Both the position numbers and the translations under genes were made by a program. A model generated the notes under the pieces. That model searched no databases, was not told where the DNA came from, and saw only the letters and a program-made list of their open reading frames with translations. This document shows positions 49,832 to 62,674 of a stretch of 62,992 nt of DNA, piece by piece. The stretch's first letter is position 1; each line of letters starts with the position of its first letter. The stretch is from Salpingoeca rosetta (taxonomy: Eukaryota; Protista; Choanoflagellata): assembly GCA_033442325.1 (NCBI GenBank), contig JAWQFM010000018.1, forward strand, positions 1,285,580 to 1,348,571, in the 5' to 3' direction.

Positions 49832-49944
49832 GTAGCTGTACATTGCTGTTGCGTTGACGTTGTTTTTGTATCTGCTGTCAACGTTGAGGGACTAGGCAGA
49901 GACACAATACACACGACACGATCAATCAATGCAATCGAATGCAA

Positions 49945-51186
49945 CCACGGAAGAAAAGAAAGTCTCGTCTCCAGGTTGATATCGTCCAGGGCCCGCGGTT
50001 GCCTGGGGGTGGTGGTGGGGGGGGGGGACATGGTGAGCCAGGTTGTGTGGTGAGGGAGGTTGGTGATTGGCGAGCCAAGGGTATGTTGTGAAGCCGTAGT
50101 GATGGTGATGAAGTATTCGAGAGACAAATGCACACGCTCTGGCATGCACGCACACATGCTTCCTCTCTCTCTCTCTCTCTCACCCGTAGCTGACGAAGAT
50201 GTCGTAGTGGTCCTGCAGGCCGAGGACTGGCAGGAGAGGGCCACATTTGGCGACCAGGTCATCGGGCGACAGCAGGTGTTCGTCCACCCACAGCCGCGTC
50301 TTGTCGACACGGAGCACGCCGTTGTCACCTGCATGCGCGCGATCATGTGATGAACATGCGTTGTGAGTTGGAGGTGGGAGGGTCAACACGGCCGCTGGTG
50401 TAGGTTGTTGACGCATCACACAAGCACCCGCTCGCACATACAACGGCTGCAAGGATATACACGTGCGTGCCAAGAAAGACAGCGCATGGCAGCCGCCTCC
50501 AATGACAGCTGTGCCCACGCTCACTTGAGTTGCGTGACAGCCGTGTTGTGCGTCAGCGCGTCTGCCAACGCCACAGCACCGTCCAGTGCAAGCTGTCAAC
50601 ATGCAAAGCAGTGGTCACTGGTAACGACGGAAAAGAGGAGCAAGGGGAGGGATCGTGAGTGGCAAGCGAAGGGGTAGAAGGGGACACTGACACCACACAC
50701 TGGCATCAGCCACTGGCTTCAGGTGTGCTGTGCCACAGCGTGGCATTGCGCTCAGCGGGCATGGGCTGTGCAATCACAACACACGCCAACGACGCTTCTC
50801 TCCCATGCATGGGGTGTGTCAAGACTCACTTGAGCCGCGCGATGGTCTTGTTGTGCTTCAGCCCTTGTGCCAACGCCGCAGCGCCCTTGGGGCTGATGTG
50901 GTTGCTGCTCAGGCTGTAGCCAACAACCAAAACCACGATGGTGGTAAGGGAAGGGGGAGGGGGAGGTAGGGGTGGTTGGTCATGAGACAAGGGCGAAGGC
51001 AGCACGAGGAACATGACATGGAATGATGGAAGCGGTGCGCGTGACGATAGCTGCTGCATCAGTGGCGCGTGTCGCATGCAATCCACGTGTGCACGCACGC
51101 ACTTGAGTCTTGTGACGGTGGTGTTGTCCTTGACAGCCACTGCAAGTGCGCGCATTCCACCATCGCTGATCCGTTTGAACTGAAAG

Positions 51187-51278
<92 letters not shown>

Positions 51279-51381
51279 TTGGCACAGCACACAGGACGCG
51301 ACGGCGTTCTGACGACGAGGCGAGGCAAGCACAGCAAGCACAGCAAGCCAAGCAGGACGCTCGCCTCGAACTGTTGCAGAC

Positions 51382-51418
<37 letters not shown>

Positions 51419-51554
51419 TCACTCACTTTGCGCGTGGCTCAGACGTGTTGTTGGCGATGGCGCGAATCAGGTCCTTCACCTCCTCATCTTCGGTCTGCGT
51501 CTGCGCCAACAGGCCCTCCACCTCCTCGCTCACTGTCTTCTGTCCGCGGGACAT
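49945..51554 (-). pseudogene. Decayed LRR (RI/NLR-type 28-aa repeats) ... TIR-domain gene
   Basis: Exon 1 51554-51427; 84-nt LRR exons 51186-51103 and 50913-50830; a 68-nt out-of-phase LRR exon 50592-50525; exon 50328-50184 ending HYDIFVSYG (TIR box 1-like, phase-incompatible); fragment ALDDINLET from 50002. Confidence 0.62.
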
Positions 51555-52677
51555 GGCCGATGATGGAGGGGGCTGCTGTGCGTGGTGGGTGGTGGGTGGT
51601 GCTTGAAGGTCGTGTCGTCAACGGCGGTTTGGCCGAAATTCCAAACAGCCAACGGTTGACAAAACCAGACGAGACACTGGCTGCTGCACGAACAAGCAAC
51701 AAGTCAACGAGTCAGAGGTGAGGGGGTGAGGTGCAGTGAGGGGAGGTGTCATTGGTTGTTGTGCGTGCCACGTTCCTTCCTTCCTTCCTTCCTTCCCTTC
51801 GTCGTCCTTCTCGCTGACGCATTCAAACACACGCACGCACACGCACACATGTGCAGGGAGGGTGTGCGCACCGTCTCTCTCCTCTTCTCCCCCCTTTCTC
51901 CCTTTCCATCCATCCATCCATCCTTCCATCGTTGTCCATTTCCTTCTCCTGTGATGCACCACGCACAACCAACCAACCAACCAACGACCACATACATGAC
52001 CCATCCATCGACAGGTGAGGGTGAGATTGAGTGCTCTCTGCGCACAGCAACAACAACCACCACCATCAACAACAACAACAACAACAACACAGCGCACGCT
52101 GTCATGGTGCGCACACATATGTAGACCACCACGCATCCATCCATCCATGGGTGGTTGGATCACAACCAACACACCACTGCGTGTGGCACACACAAATGTA
52201 CACACACACACACACACACATGCTCACCATTGCGTGGTGACAGAACAACTGCCATCAACCACCGTCATGCAGCGGCGACCCTGAGAATGGAGCATGCAAC
52301 CTCTCAACCAGTGAGCAGCACACACATGAGAGAGAGAGGAGGAAAATGACATCAACCAACGTCACAGCCAATGTGTGTGTGTGTGTGCACGGGTTGTGTT
52401 TCTTCTCATCCTCCTCCTCCTGTCTTGCTTCTTTCTGTCTGTGACACGCCTGCTCACTGCTGCTGCTGTTGTTGCTTGCTTGTTTGTGGCGGTGCGTGCA
52501 GATGGATGGATTCCATCATCATCATCATCAGCAGCAGCAGCAGCAGGTGCTGGCTGGTGCGTGAGGCAGTTGGCGACCCTCCACCACCCAACCCACAAAT
52601 GACTGCGTGCTGACGAATGAATGGGGATCGAATCACTGCACCACCCAGACAGGTGTGTGTGTGTGTGTGTGTGTGTT

Positions 52678-52729
<52 letters not shown>

Positions 52730-54672
52730 GACGTGCGTGTTCTCTTCTCCACCCACCCACACGCCATCATCACCTCCGCCTCATTTTCTTGTGTGTTTGC
52801 TCACCTCCTTCCCTCTCCCTCCTCACCACCAAGACCACCACCACCCTTCTCGTTTGTTTCTTTCTCCTTCCTTTCTGCTGTCGCCACACAGAGGGCCCTT
52901 GAGCCGGCAGCTGTCACCCCCTCCCCTCCACCAACCACCACTGCTCTGGTGGGATGAACAGACGGGCGCTGCCATGTGATGACCATCCAGCCACCCTTGT
53001 GCGGCTGTGGAAACAGCAACGCCAATACACACACCACAAACAAGCAAGCGAGCGATGAGCAACGTGAGTGCATCACTTTACATGTATGTGTGTGTATGCT
53101 GCGCACCGCACCAGTGTGCGTGTTTTGTGGTCGCTGTCTCTGTTGCTCCTGTCTCCCCCCTTGTTGTCCCACATCAATGTGCATGCATGTGTGTGGTGTG
53201 GCTGCCTGTTTTGCCTTGCTTGATGCGCTGTCTCATTCGTCGTTCTCACACACACGACTGCCTGCACACCTGCACATTCTCCACCTTGCAGCCGCTGCTT
53301 ATATTCCCCTCTCTTTCTCGCCCTCCCTGGCAGCCATCACAACAACAACAGCAGCACCAGCCAACACACCCTCCACCGCCGATGCTGCAGAGATGTGCAG
53401 GAGGAGGTGGACGCGACCACCAGCATCACTTGCAGCTGAACACATTCCCCAACCAACCAACCCATCGCCCGCTGCTGCTGCTGGCGGGAGCTGGCTGCCT
53501 GCAGCTGGGAACAGGTGGCGACAGCACAAGTTGCAATTTCGGCAGCAGCAGAGGTGGGCGAGAAGAAGAGGGAAAACGGAGAAGATGTGTGTTGGCTGGA
53601 TGGCTGGATGGATGGGATGAGGTGGGGTGGGGGATGCTGGGTGAGTGTGGTGTGGTGTGGTGTGGCTGGCTGGCTGATGGCAGGGGACGGTGGTGGTGTG
53701 AGGAAGAGGGATGAATGCATGGATGGGGTGCAGCATGTCTTGTTCCCTCCCTTCTGTTTTCTGTTTTCTCTCTCTTCCCTTTCTCCTTCACACACACATG
53801 CATGCACAACACCAGCAATGGCAGCAGCAGCAGTGTAGCTGCGCACATATCCATGCTCCCTCTTCCCTCCCACTCGCTCACCATGCTGGTGCTCGCACAC
53901 AACCACTTACAGGTGATACACACGCACAAGCAGCAGGATGAGAGAAATGTCGAGGATACTTGCCACGCGTGCCAGGTGCACTCGCCTCACATATGGTATG
54001 TGGGTGGTGATGAGTGGTTGGTTGGTGGTGTGATGGGGCTGTGACGATGCGGTGCGGTGAAGTGAACAAGGGAAGAGGAGTTGATGGGGGGATGGTCACA
54101 CACATTGACACACACACACGCACACACACACACACACACGTGGTGCGTGTGATGTCAATCACTCGTTCTGCTATGCTGACGTGATGGCTTGCTCTGTGCT
54201 TGTTGTGTTGTGTCCCCATCCACGTTCCCTGCAACCACACACATGCACATAAGCACAGGTGGTGAGGTACCAGCACACATCAGGATGGTAATGATGGAAG
54301 CGGGCTCGCATGCCGGCTGCTGCTGCTGCAACTTCCCCGATTTAGCTGCCGCCGCTGTGCTCATGCAGTGTTCCCATATGCGTGAGCAAGGTGAGCCCAT
54401 CGTGGATGCTTTGGATGGCGCATGGGTTGGTGTTGCTGCTGCTGTGTGCGCGGTGTTGCTGCTGCTGCTGTGCCTCGTGCAGCAGTGCAGCTGCGCCGCT
54501 CACATGTCACACGTGCGTGTGTGTATGCTTGTGGCTGCAAGGGGGGCGACTGTGTGAGGATCGTTGGAGGATGATGGGCGGTGCACACATGATGGATTGG
54601 GAGCAGCAGCTGTGGACACACACGTCCATGGTCATGGTGGACACATCCAACCACAGCGACGCAATCATGTGC

Positions 54673-54730
<58 letters not shown>

Positions 54731-55089
54731 CATGCAGTGCGGAGGGGGGAAAGCAGAGGAGGGGGCAGGAAGGTGAACACGTCTGCTGTGCTCACATGCC
54801 ATGCCTGTGTTTGTGCGTGATGATGTCGTTGTGTCTTGTCGTTGTGTGTTGGTTGCATGGGCACCAGGCCCACATCAGAGGAGGGGAAGGAAGCCGCCAT
54901 GAACGACACATCATCATCATTACCCTCCCCATTTCCCTCTCCTTTCTTTCTCTTCCACCTCAGCTCGGCCGTCACCGTCATCGCCATCATCGCCATCGAC
55001 TGCACAGCCGCCATCAACCGACCGACACCAGCCCCAATCTGGCGTGAGGCAGACATTGCACATGTCACTCGCTCTGATGAAGAGGTGAG

Positions 55090-55125
<36 letters not shown>

Positions 55126-58100
55126 CATGGTGGTGGTGAGTGGGGACAACATGTGTGCGTGTGGTTGTGTGTCAGTGTGGATGGTTGAAATGGGGCTGGC
55201 GTGTGGTTGATGATGCGTCGCTGTCAACCTCATTACCTGCATTCTTCCCATCTTGTGTCTGTGCACAAACATTTCACAGCGTTGAGGAGGCGCATGAAGC
55301 GGTGGAACCAATGATGATGGCGATGACGAGTGATGAAGGTGAGAGGGGCGACTGAGATGTGTGTGTGTGTGTGTGTTGGTTGACACGTTGTGTTTCCTGC
55401 TTCGCCTCCCTCTTTCCTTGTCTGTTCTGTCCACTCATGTGTCTCTTCTTCTTCTCTCCCTTTTTTCGATTGATTTGGACACAGGGCCATGCATCCGTCT
55501 GCATCCAACCGACCAACCAAGCAGCTGAGCGAGCAAGCAAAGGACACGGCGTGGCAAGGGGTCGTTTGTTTTCACCGTTTCCACCATCACCAGAAACAGC
55601 TGATATATTGCTGTATTTGGATGAACTGGCCTTCCGTCTCTCGTCCATCCCCTCCTCGTCCTCGTCCTCGTCGTCGTTGGTCACCAACAGCAGCGGCTGC
55701 GACTGTGGATGTGGAGGTGAGATGAATGGTGGTGGTGGTGGTGACGTGGGTGGTGTGTGATGTGTTGGGTGTGAACATCAGCATGTATGCGGGTGTGATT
55801 GTGCGGTGCTGGTTGGATGTCGTTGGGTTTGTTGGTGCTGGCAATGGATGTTGTTGTCGTTGATATCCTGATTCTGTGACAACTCACCTCTTTCTCCACA
55901 CGCACACGTACATGGGGTGTAATGTACGTCGATGTGCCGTTGCCTCGCATGACGACGATGATGATGATGGTGGTGAGTGATTTGTGGTGGATGTACGTGG
56001 CGCACGCACACGCATGTGCAGATGTGCTGCTTGTGGTGGTGGTGTGATCGTGGTGTGTGTCTGTGGGGTGATGTGACATGTGCGTGCACAGGTGATGATG
56101 TGGTGATGTGAACGTGGCAAACGAGGTGGACGTGGTTTGTTTCTGCCATGCTGGCTCACTTCGTGGTGTGATTCTTGCTGATTTGGTTGTTTGTGCTTGC
56201 GCGTGTGTACATGTGTGTGATTTGCACAGGACAGTGGCCGATCTCTTCCCAAGCAGCTCTCACGACACGAGCAGGTTGATACACGCACACACAAATGTGC
56301 AAGAAAAGAAGACACGAGGTGAGACGTTGGGGCTGTGTGTTTGTGTGTATGTGATGGGGTGGTAGTACACATACGCACGCACGCATGCACGCGCATGTAC
56401 ACATGCATGCCAACACATCAGAGCAGTCATTGGCTGTGGGGTGGTTGCACTGACGTGTGTCTCACATGAATCAATCTCACAACTCAAATGTGTGTGTGTG
56501 TGTGCGTGGCTGCAGGCGGACGTTGTGCGGGGTTCCCCAACCGTATCCTCTTTCTTCTTTTCCCAACCAATCGCCTCTGCTCTGTGTCATTATCGTCATC
56601 AGCCTTCCCCCAATGCGATGTGCAGCTGTTGAGGCGTGATTGAGACAGCGTCCAACACAGGTATTGCAGCAGTGGTGGATGTGGTGCATGTGGTGATATT
56701 TTGTGCCTGCCTGCTGGCTCGCTTGGTTGCTTGCTTGTTGGGTGCTTGCTTCGTTGGTCTTGTGTGTAGGTGACGCACCCCGCCCACATCATGCTGCATA
56801 TTCCCATGCGTGGTCCCTTGTGGCCCTCCTTTCCTGTCCTCACCATCACCGGTCATTGTTGTTCATCTCTGGTTGGTTTCTTCTTGCCTCACAGGCATTC
56901 ACGCAGGCAGGCTGCTGCTGCTTGCTGGTGCTGCTGTGATGATGGCCGTGCGCGTGCATGTGCGCTGTGCACCGTGTTTGGGCTGCACCGATGAAGACAA
57001 GGAGGGACACGGCCCGTGCCCACCACTCTTCCTCCTTCATCTCCTCTTTCTGCTCCATCAGCGATGACGATGGTGGCCGTGGCATGTGATTGCGCTTCCC
57101 TTGTCTAACTTTCGCTGTGGCCCATCGGCTGGCTGGCTGCATCAAGCACAGGTGAGGATGATCGTTGGCGGTTGGGTTGGTGGCTGGGTTGAGTCGAGTG
57201 GGGCAAGCAGGGGGAGGAGGGAAATGGCACGGTGAGGGGAGTGGTGGTGGTGGTGCGACGTGGGAGTGCAGAGCGAAAGGAGGGAGAGGGAGACGGAAAT
57301 GATTTGAGGGCGATGATGTTGGTTGGGGGATGAGGGGTGCGTGTACACATGCACGTGATGTCGCGTGGTGGTGGTAATATCACATGACAATGACACACAT
57401 ATCAGTGGCTCATTCATTTCGCTTGCACCTATGATTGTGATTTGTGTGATTGTGATGATGACTGCAGCAGGCAACACACGGCGGTGATGCTGGATTGGAT
57501 TGGCTGGTGTTGACTGGCCATCGTGTCGTGTCACCCATTTTTCTCCCTCCCCTTGCTCATCTCAACCGGGGACACACACAGCGATGTGTGCGTGCGTGCG
57601 TGTGCATGTGTGTGCATCGCCATCAATCACGCCGACAGCGACACGATGCACGAGGTGAGGGCACGCAATGGTGTGTGTTTGGTGGAAGGGATTGAGGGGA
57701 AGTGGGAGGAAGGCGTTCACCATGGCCATCATCACCACCACGGCTGTGCACCTGGTCATGTGACCGTGCATTTTGGGGATGGAGATGAGGGGAGATATGT
57801 TGTCGTTGTAATGCTTGTGGTGGTTGTGTTTGCATTGCTGTGCATTGGTGTACCGTCTCACTCTACAATGCCATGTGTGACTGTGTGTGTGTGTGTGTGA
57901 CTACAGATGTGCGTGCGCGTGTGCGCATATGCCAGGTAGATGCGTTGATCGACGACGAGGTGTATGTGTGTGACCTTTGTGTCCTTGTGCCATCACACAC
58001 AACGCACAACACCAAGCACATCATCACCATTGCACGCCCATGTGTCGTTGTCGTCGACTCACGCATGACATGCTCACTTCCACCCCCCTCCCCTTGCTTC

Positions 58101-61100
58101 TTCTCCTCCTTCTTCCTCTCCTGCTGCTGCCACCCCTTCCACTGTTTCCCTCCACCCCCTTTGCACACACAGAGGATCCCATCCACATCCAAACCCACAC
58201 CCACGCATCCAAGCATGCCACGCCATGGCGAGCTGTGCCACCTCAACCAACCCAACTCAACCCAGGCCAAGGAAGAGAAGGAGGAAGCAAGGACAGAAGA
58301 CGTGGGGCTCCCAACAGATGTGTGTGCGTGTGCATGTTGATGGACTGTGTTCTCCTTTTTCCCCCTCCATCGCCTCGCCGCTTTCTTCCATGGCGATCTG
58401 GCTGGGTGGCTGTTGCCCCCTCCCCTTGTTTGTTTTCTCTTCCAGCCTTGTGTGGCTGTTGGTTGTCTGTTGTGACCGTGAGAAGGAGGAGGGAGGAGGG
58501 AGAAGAGAGAAGAGAGGGCGCATGCTGTCCACAGCTGTGTGTGTGTGTGTGCTGTTTCTTCTTCTTTTTCCATCCCCCTTTCTTGTCCTTCTTCTCCCTG
58601 CCCTCCTCAGCCTGCAAGGCCTGTGAGCCTGCGTTGCATTCACACACACAGTGCTGTTCCCCTTCCCCTTCTCCTTCTTCTCCTTCTTCTTGTCTCATTG
58701 AAACCAAGCAACCAACCAACCAACCAAAGCAAGCAAGCAAGTCCGCCCTTCAACAAGCAAACGCAGCAGTTGCCGCACAAACGCAGCAGTGGGCGATTAT
58801 TTGTGGCATCTTCCACAAATCGTGCAAACACGAATCAACAAGACCAACAAACGCAACAAGCAAAAGCAGCAAGCGAAACGGGAATCAAGGTGCGTGTGTG
58901 TGTTGAGTGGGTGGGTGTGGCTTGCGTTGTTCGTGTGCGTGGCTGGCGCAGGGTTGGTGGAGAGGAGGGAGAGGGTGCGCGTTGTGACGGGCACTCACTG
59001 GCGGTCCTGTTGTGGGTGGTTTCGTTTGGTTCCATGGACTGTGTGGGGTGTGGTGGGTGATGGTGTGATGGTGCACAGGTGCAAACAGACAACACGCACA
59101 GCACCGCCCACACCATGGATGTGTGCAGGGCCAAAGGCATGCAAGGCGTTGCCCATGGTCGGTGAGGGTCACATATGTGCTGAACAGGCCCATGGCACGC
59201 TGGTACCGTGAGTTTGGGTGAGTTCTGTCGGTTGGTTTGACTGCTGTGCGGGTGCGCGTGTGTGTGTGTGTGTGTGTGTGAAGGAGGGAGAGGTGGACGT
59301 AGCTGTGGTGGGTGTTGTGATCTCACACGCACTCCTGCTGCTGTGGATGTATTTGACTCACGCACGCACAGAGAGGGATGATGCCCTACATCGACCCACA
59401 CACATGTGTGTGAACACACACACGCACGCTGACAGGCAGTCTGATGCCACCTCACGGTGCGTTGCACTTGCATGCTTGCATGTGATTGTGACTGTGACTG
59501 TGACTGTGTGCATGTCGTTCATGCTGTGTCTGCTTGTGATTCACACTGTGTGTGTGTGTGTGTGTGTGGTGGCCGCTTGCTTCTCTCTGTCTCACACGCC
59601 TGTGTGTGTATAGATGGTGACATGCACACGCAGACACAGACAATGAGTGGGTGTGCAGACGCACATCCCCGCACAGACAAGACAGGCAAAGCAGGGCATG
59701 CTCTTCCTTCTCTCTCTCTCTACTGCTGCCACCACCACCGCTGCTGCATGGATGTACCAGTGGGTGCATGGCATGTTGGATGATGCTGACTGGCTGGCGT
59801 TCTTCCCTTGGTGTGTGTGTGTGTGTGTTGCACTGCTGCTGCTCTTGTTTCCCCTGTTTGTGTCTGTTGTGCGTTGCTGCTTCTTTGTGCTTGTGTGTGT
59901 GTTCACCACAACCACGTCGTGTGCGCCCATCACCATCGTCTGTGCTCACGCACCTCCCATCTCTCCCTTGCTTCTTCTTCTTCTGTTCCCCTCCCTCTTC
60001 CCTCTTTGTCATCCCCTCACACGCACATGCACACATGGACGCATGGACGCTTGTGCAGGGGAAGTGCAGGCTCTGTGTTGGAACCCATGGCAAGGCATGA
60101 CACAACCAAGCAAGGACCACGAGCAAGCATGGACACAGGACAAGCAAGCAAGACGTGGGGCTGCCATGGACCACGCACCTCGCTGGAGAAGGAGGGGAGC
60201 GTGAGCGGGTTGTGTTGACTGTGTTGTGTTGTATTGTTGTGTCGTGTTGTTGTTGACAGCGTGCACGTCTCTCCCCTTGTGTCCTTCTGCCTTCCTCCCT
60301 CCTTTTCCTTTCCCTTTCTTTCTCTGTTCTCTCTTGCCACAACATGCACGCTGCTGCTGCTGCTGTTGTTGTTGTTGGCTGAAGTGGTGATGGCGGCTGA
60401 TGGGGGAGCGAAGCGGTGTGGCGCAGCATGGAGCTGTCGCTTGTTGTGTGTTGTGTTTGTGTTGCTTGCAGCTGATATGGGGATGCTTTCTCGCTTGTTC
60501 TCGCCACGTGTGCGTGTGTGTGTTTGCTTGCTGTCGTGTTGCTGAAGAGTGAAGTGGAAATAAACAATGCAACACGCATGTGCAGCTGTGTGTATCGTGT
60601 GGATGGTTGTTGGTGGTTGCGATGGACTCAACATAGTGTGTGTGTGTGATGTGATTGGATTGGTGGTGAGCTGGGAGTGTGGCTGTGGAGTGGTGTGGTG
60701 TTGCATGCAGGTGAGGACAGCAGCAGCTGTGAACGTGGGAGTGGGGGCAAGGATGAAGCGAGTGATGATTGCAGCGACTGGTGGTGGTGGTGTATGTGAA
60801 CAGGGCTGATGGTGAAGAAGGCGGCAGTGTGGGCTTGATGGGTTTACGATGTGCTGTAACACATGCAGCATGAAACATGAACGAGGCAGGAAGGGGGAAG
60901 GGGAGGGGAGGGAAGGAGTGGCGGCACAAAGTAGTGAGTGAACAGGGACAAGGGAAGGTATGCAAGCACATGGAAACAACAGCAGCAGTGGCAAGAATTG
61001 AAACAGGACAGGAGGGGCTGGAACGCAGGTGAAATTGACAAACAAGGCTTGTGGTGACAAGGTGGTGAAAGAAGGGGACGAAGGGAAGCACGAATGCACA

Positions 61101-61303
61101 CAGTGGGTTGTGTTGTGGTGCTGTGTTGTGTGAAATGAAGTGAAGGATGTGTGAGTGCTTGCGAGTGAGTAGACGGGTGTAGTGGAGTGAATCCAATGCA
61201 GGTAGAAGTTGTGAGGGTGTAAGGTTATTCTTTGAATTCCCCCTTCATCTTTTGTGTGTGTGCGTGCGTGTGTGCGTGTGTGTGTGCGTGCGTGCGTGCG
61301 TGC

Positions 61304-61401
<98 letters not shown>

Positions 61402-61426
61402 TCTCACTGCCTCGTGTCTAAGCTGT

Positions 61427-61539
61427 GACGGACTGCTAATCCGTTGTACTCTGCACGCGCAGGTTCGAATCCTTGATACGAACAAGCACAACCCCAGCAC
61501 ACTGCAGCTGGGGATCTGTCGAATGTCCTGCCGTTGTCG
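61427..61539 (+). tRNA. tRNA-Ser(GCT) 3' portion (positions 26-73) with a 56-nt T-loop insert (61470-61525); 5' portion absent; copy 1
   Basis: ACGGA CT GCT AA TCCGT anticodon arm, long variable arm (one mismatch), GCAGG TTCGAA[insert]T CCTGC CGTTGTC G, then T8 at 61546-61553. Confidence 0.7.
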
Positions 61540-61608
61540 CACTTGTTTTTTTTCTCTCCATCCAGGCTACTCCCCACACACTCCTTCACTGCCTCGTGTC
61601 TCAGCTGT

Positions 61609-61718
61609 GACGGACTGCTAATCCGTTGTGCTCTGCACGCGCAGGTTCGAATCTGCCAATTCAAGCACAACCCCAGCACACTGCAGCTGGGGATCTGTCG
61701 AATGTCCTGCCGTTGTCG
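61609..61718 (+). tRNA. tRNA-Ser(GCT) 3' portion with a 53-nt T-loop insert (61652-61704); 5' portion absent; copy 2
   Basis: As copy 1, with an intact variable arm GTGC TCT GCAC; T7 at 61726-61732. Confidence 0.7.
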
Positions 61719-61743
61719 CACTTGCTTTTTTTCTCTCTCCGTC

Positions 61744-61802
<59 letters not shown>

Positions 61803-62263
61803 AAGTCACACACTGCCACTCGCGCTGAAGGAGCAGCAACACTGGTCGCATGCAGGCATGTTCCCAACTGCAGCACAGCTGTTCTCTGCGTAGCTATGTG
61901 CTGTTGTTTTGCTCGTTGACATGAAGTCATAAACCATTCAAGTCTCATAACTAGCATGCATTGCATGCATGCAGGCACGCAATCTCGAGTTTGCTTGCTG
62001 ACGCCATACCACACAGGCCCCCATGCGTTCATGCTTGACTGCTTGTTGCTTATGGATGATCTACTACGACGTTGCGGTGTCAGGCCGGTAACGGGGAAAC
62101 GAAAGCGACGAAAGCGACGAAAGCGACGAAATAACACTCGCCAGGCAGGCAGAGAAGAAGAACACAGAAAGGTGGGGCGCACCAACCAGCGCAACGTGAA
62201 CGAAGAGAGGGGTAAGGCGTGACACACACATGCTGGTGGAGCAGCGTAAGCGAGTGACACATG

Positions 62264-62305
<42 letters not shown>

Positions 62306-62674
62306 CACAGAAGAGCAAGCAGCACCGGAGTGAACGGCCAGACGAAAGCAACAAAACACAGGCGCGGGCTTGGAACAAAACTCACATGCACTGTTTGGAA
62401 AGAAGCAACAGGAATGTGGCATTCTCACATGTGGCAGCAAAGACAACATAAGGAGAGGGCATCCAACCTTCACGAACGCCAAGAAACGCGGCGCTGCACA
62501 CCAGTTGGGCAAGTCAACGTGCCATTGTAGACGTGGGGGGGGGCAAAAGACAAACGATGAAAGCAGACATGAAAGGCAGAAAGGCAGAAAGTACGAAAAA
62601 GCAAACGGACAGCAACATCAACGAACAGAAAGTTCAACGGAAAGTTCACTAGTTCAACGGAAGCGACAATGCAG

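Larger units (their letters stand above)
61404..61738 (+). repeat. Direct repeat, two ~150-bp units, period 182 bp, flanked by (GT)n tracts
   Basis: Units start tcactgcctcgtgtct at 61404 and 61586 and end in cttg(t/c)tttttttctctc. Confidence 0.92.

Noticed and set aside
56310-56324. AGACACGAGG, a partial complement of the tRNA-Ser leader
   Set aside because: Only a 10-nt match and no tRNA 5' half next to it; expected by chance.
59452-61196. 360-395 aa minus-strand ORFs in the gene desert
   Set aside because: Low-complexity composition, no coding-like codon pattern, no recognisable motifs.
61404-61738. Selenocysteine tRNA or cis-permuted tRNA
   Set aside because: The anticodon is GCT, not TCA, and an oligo-T terminator follows the 3' end with no downstream 5' half.
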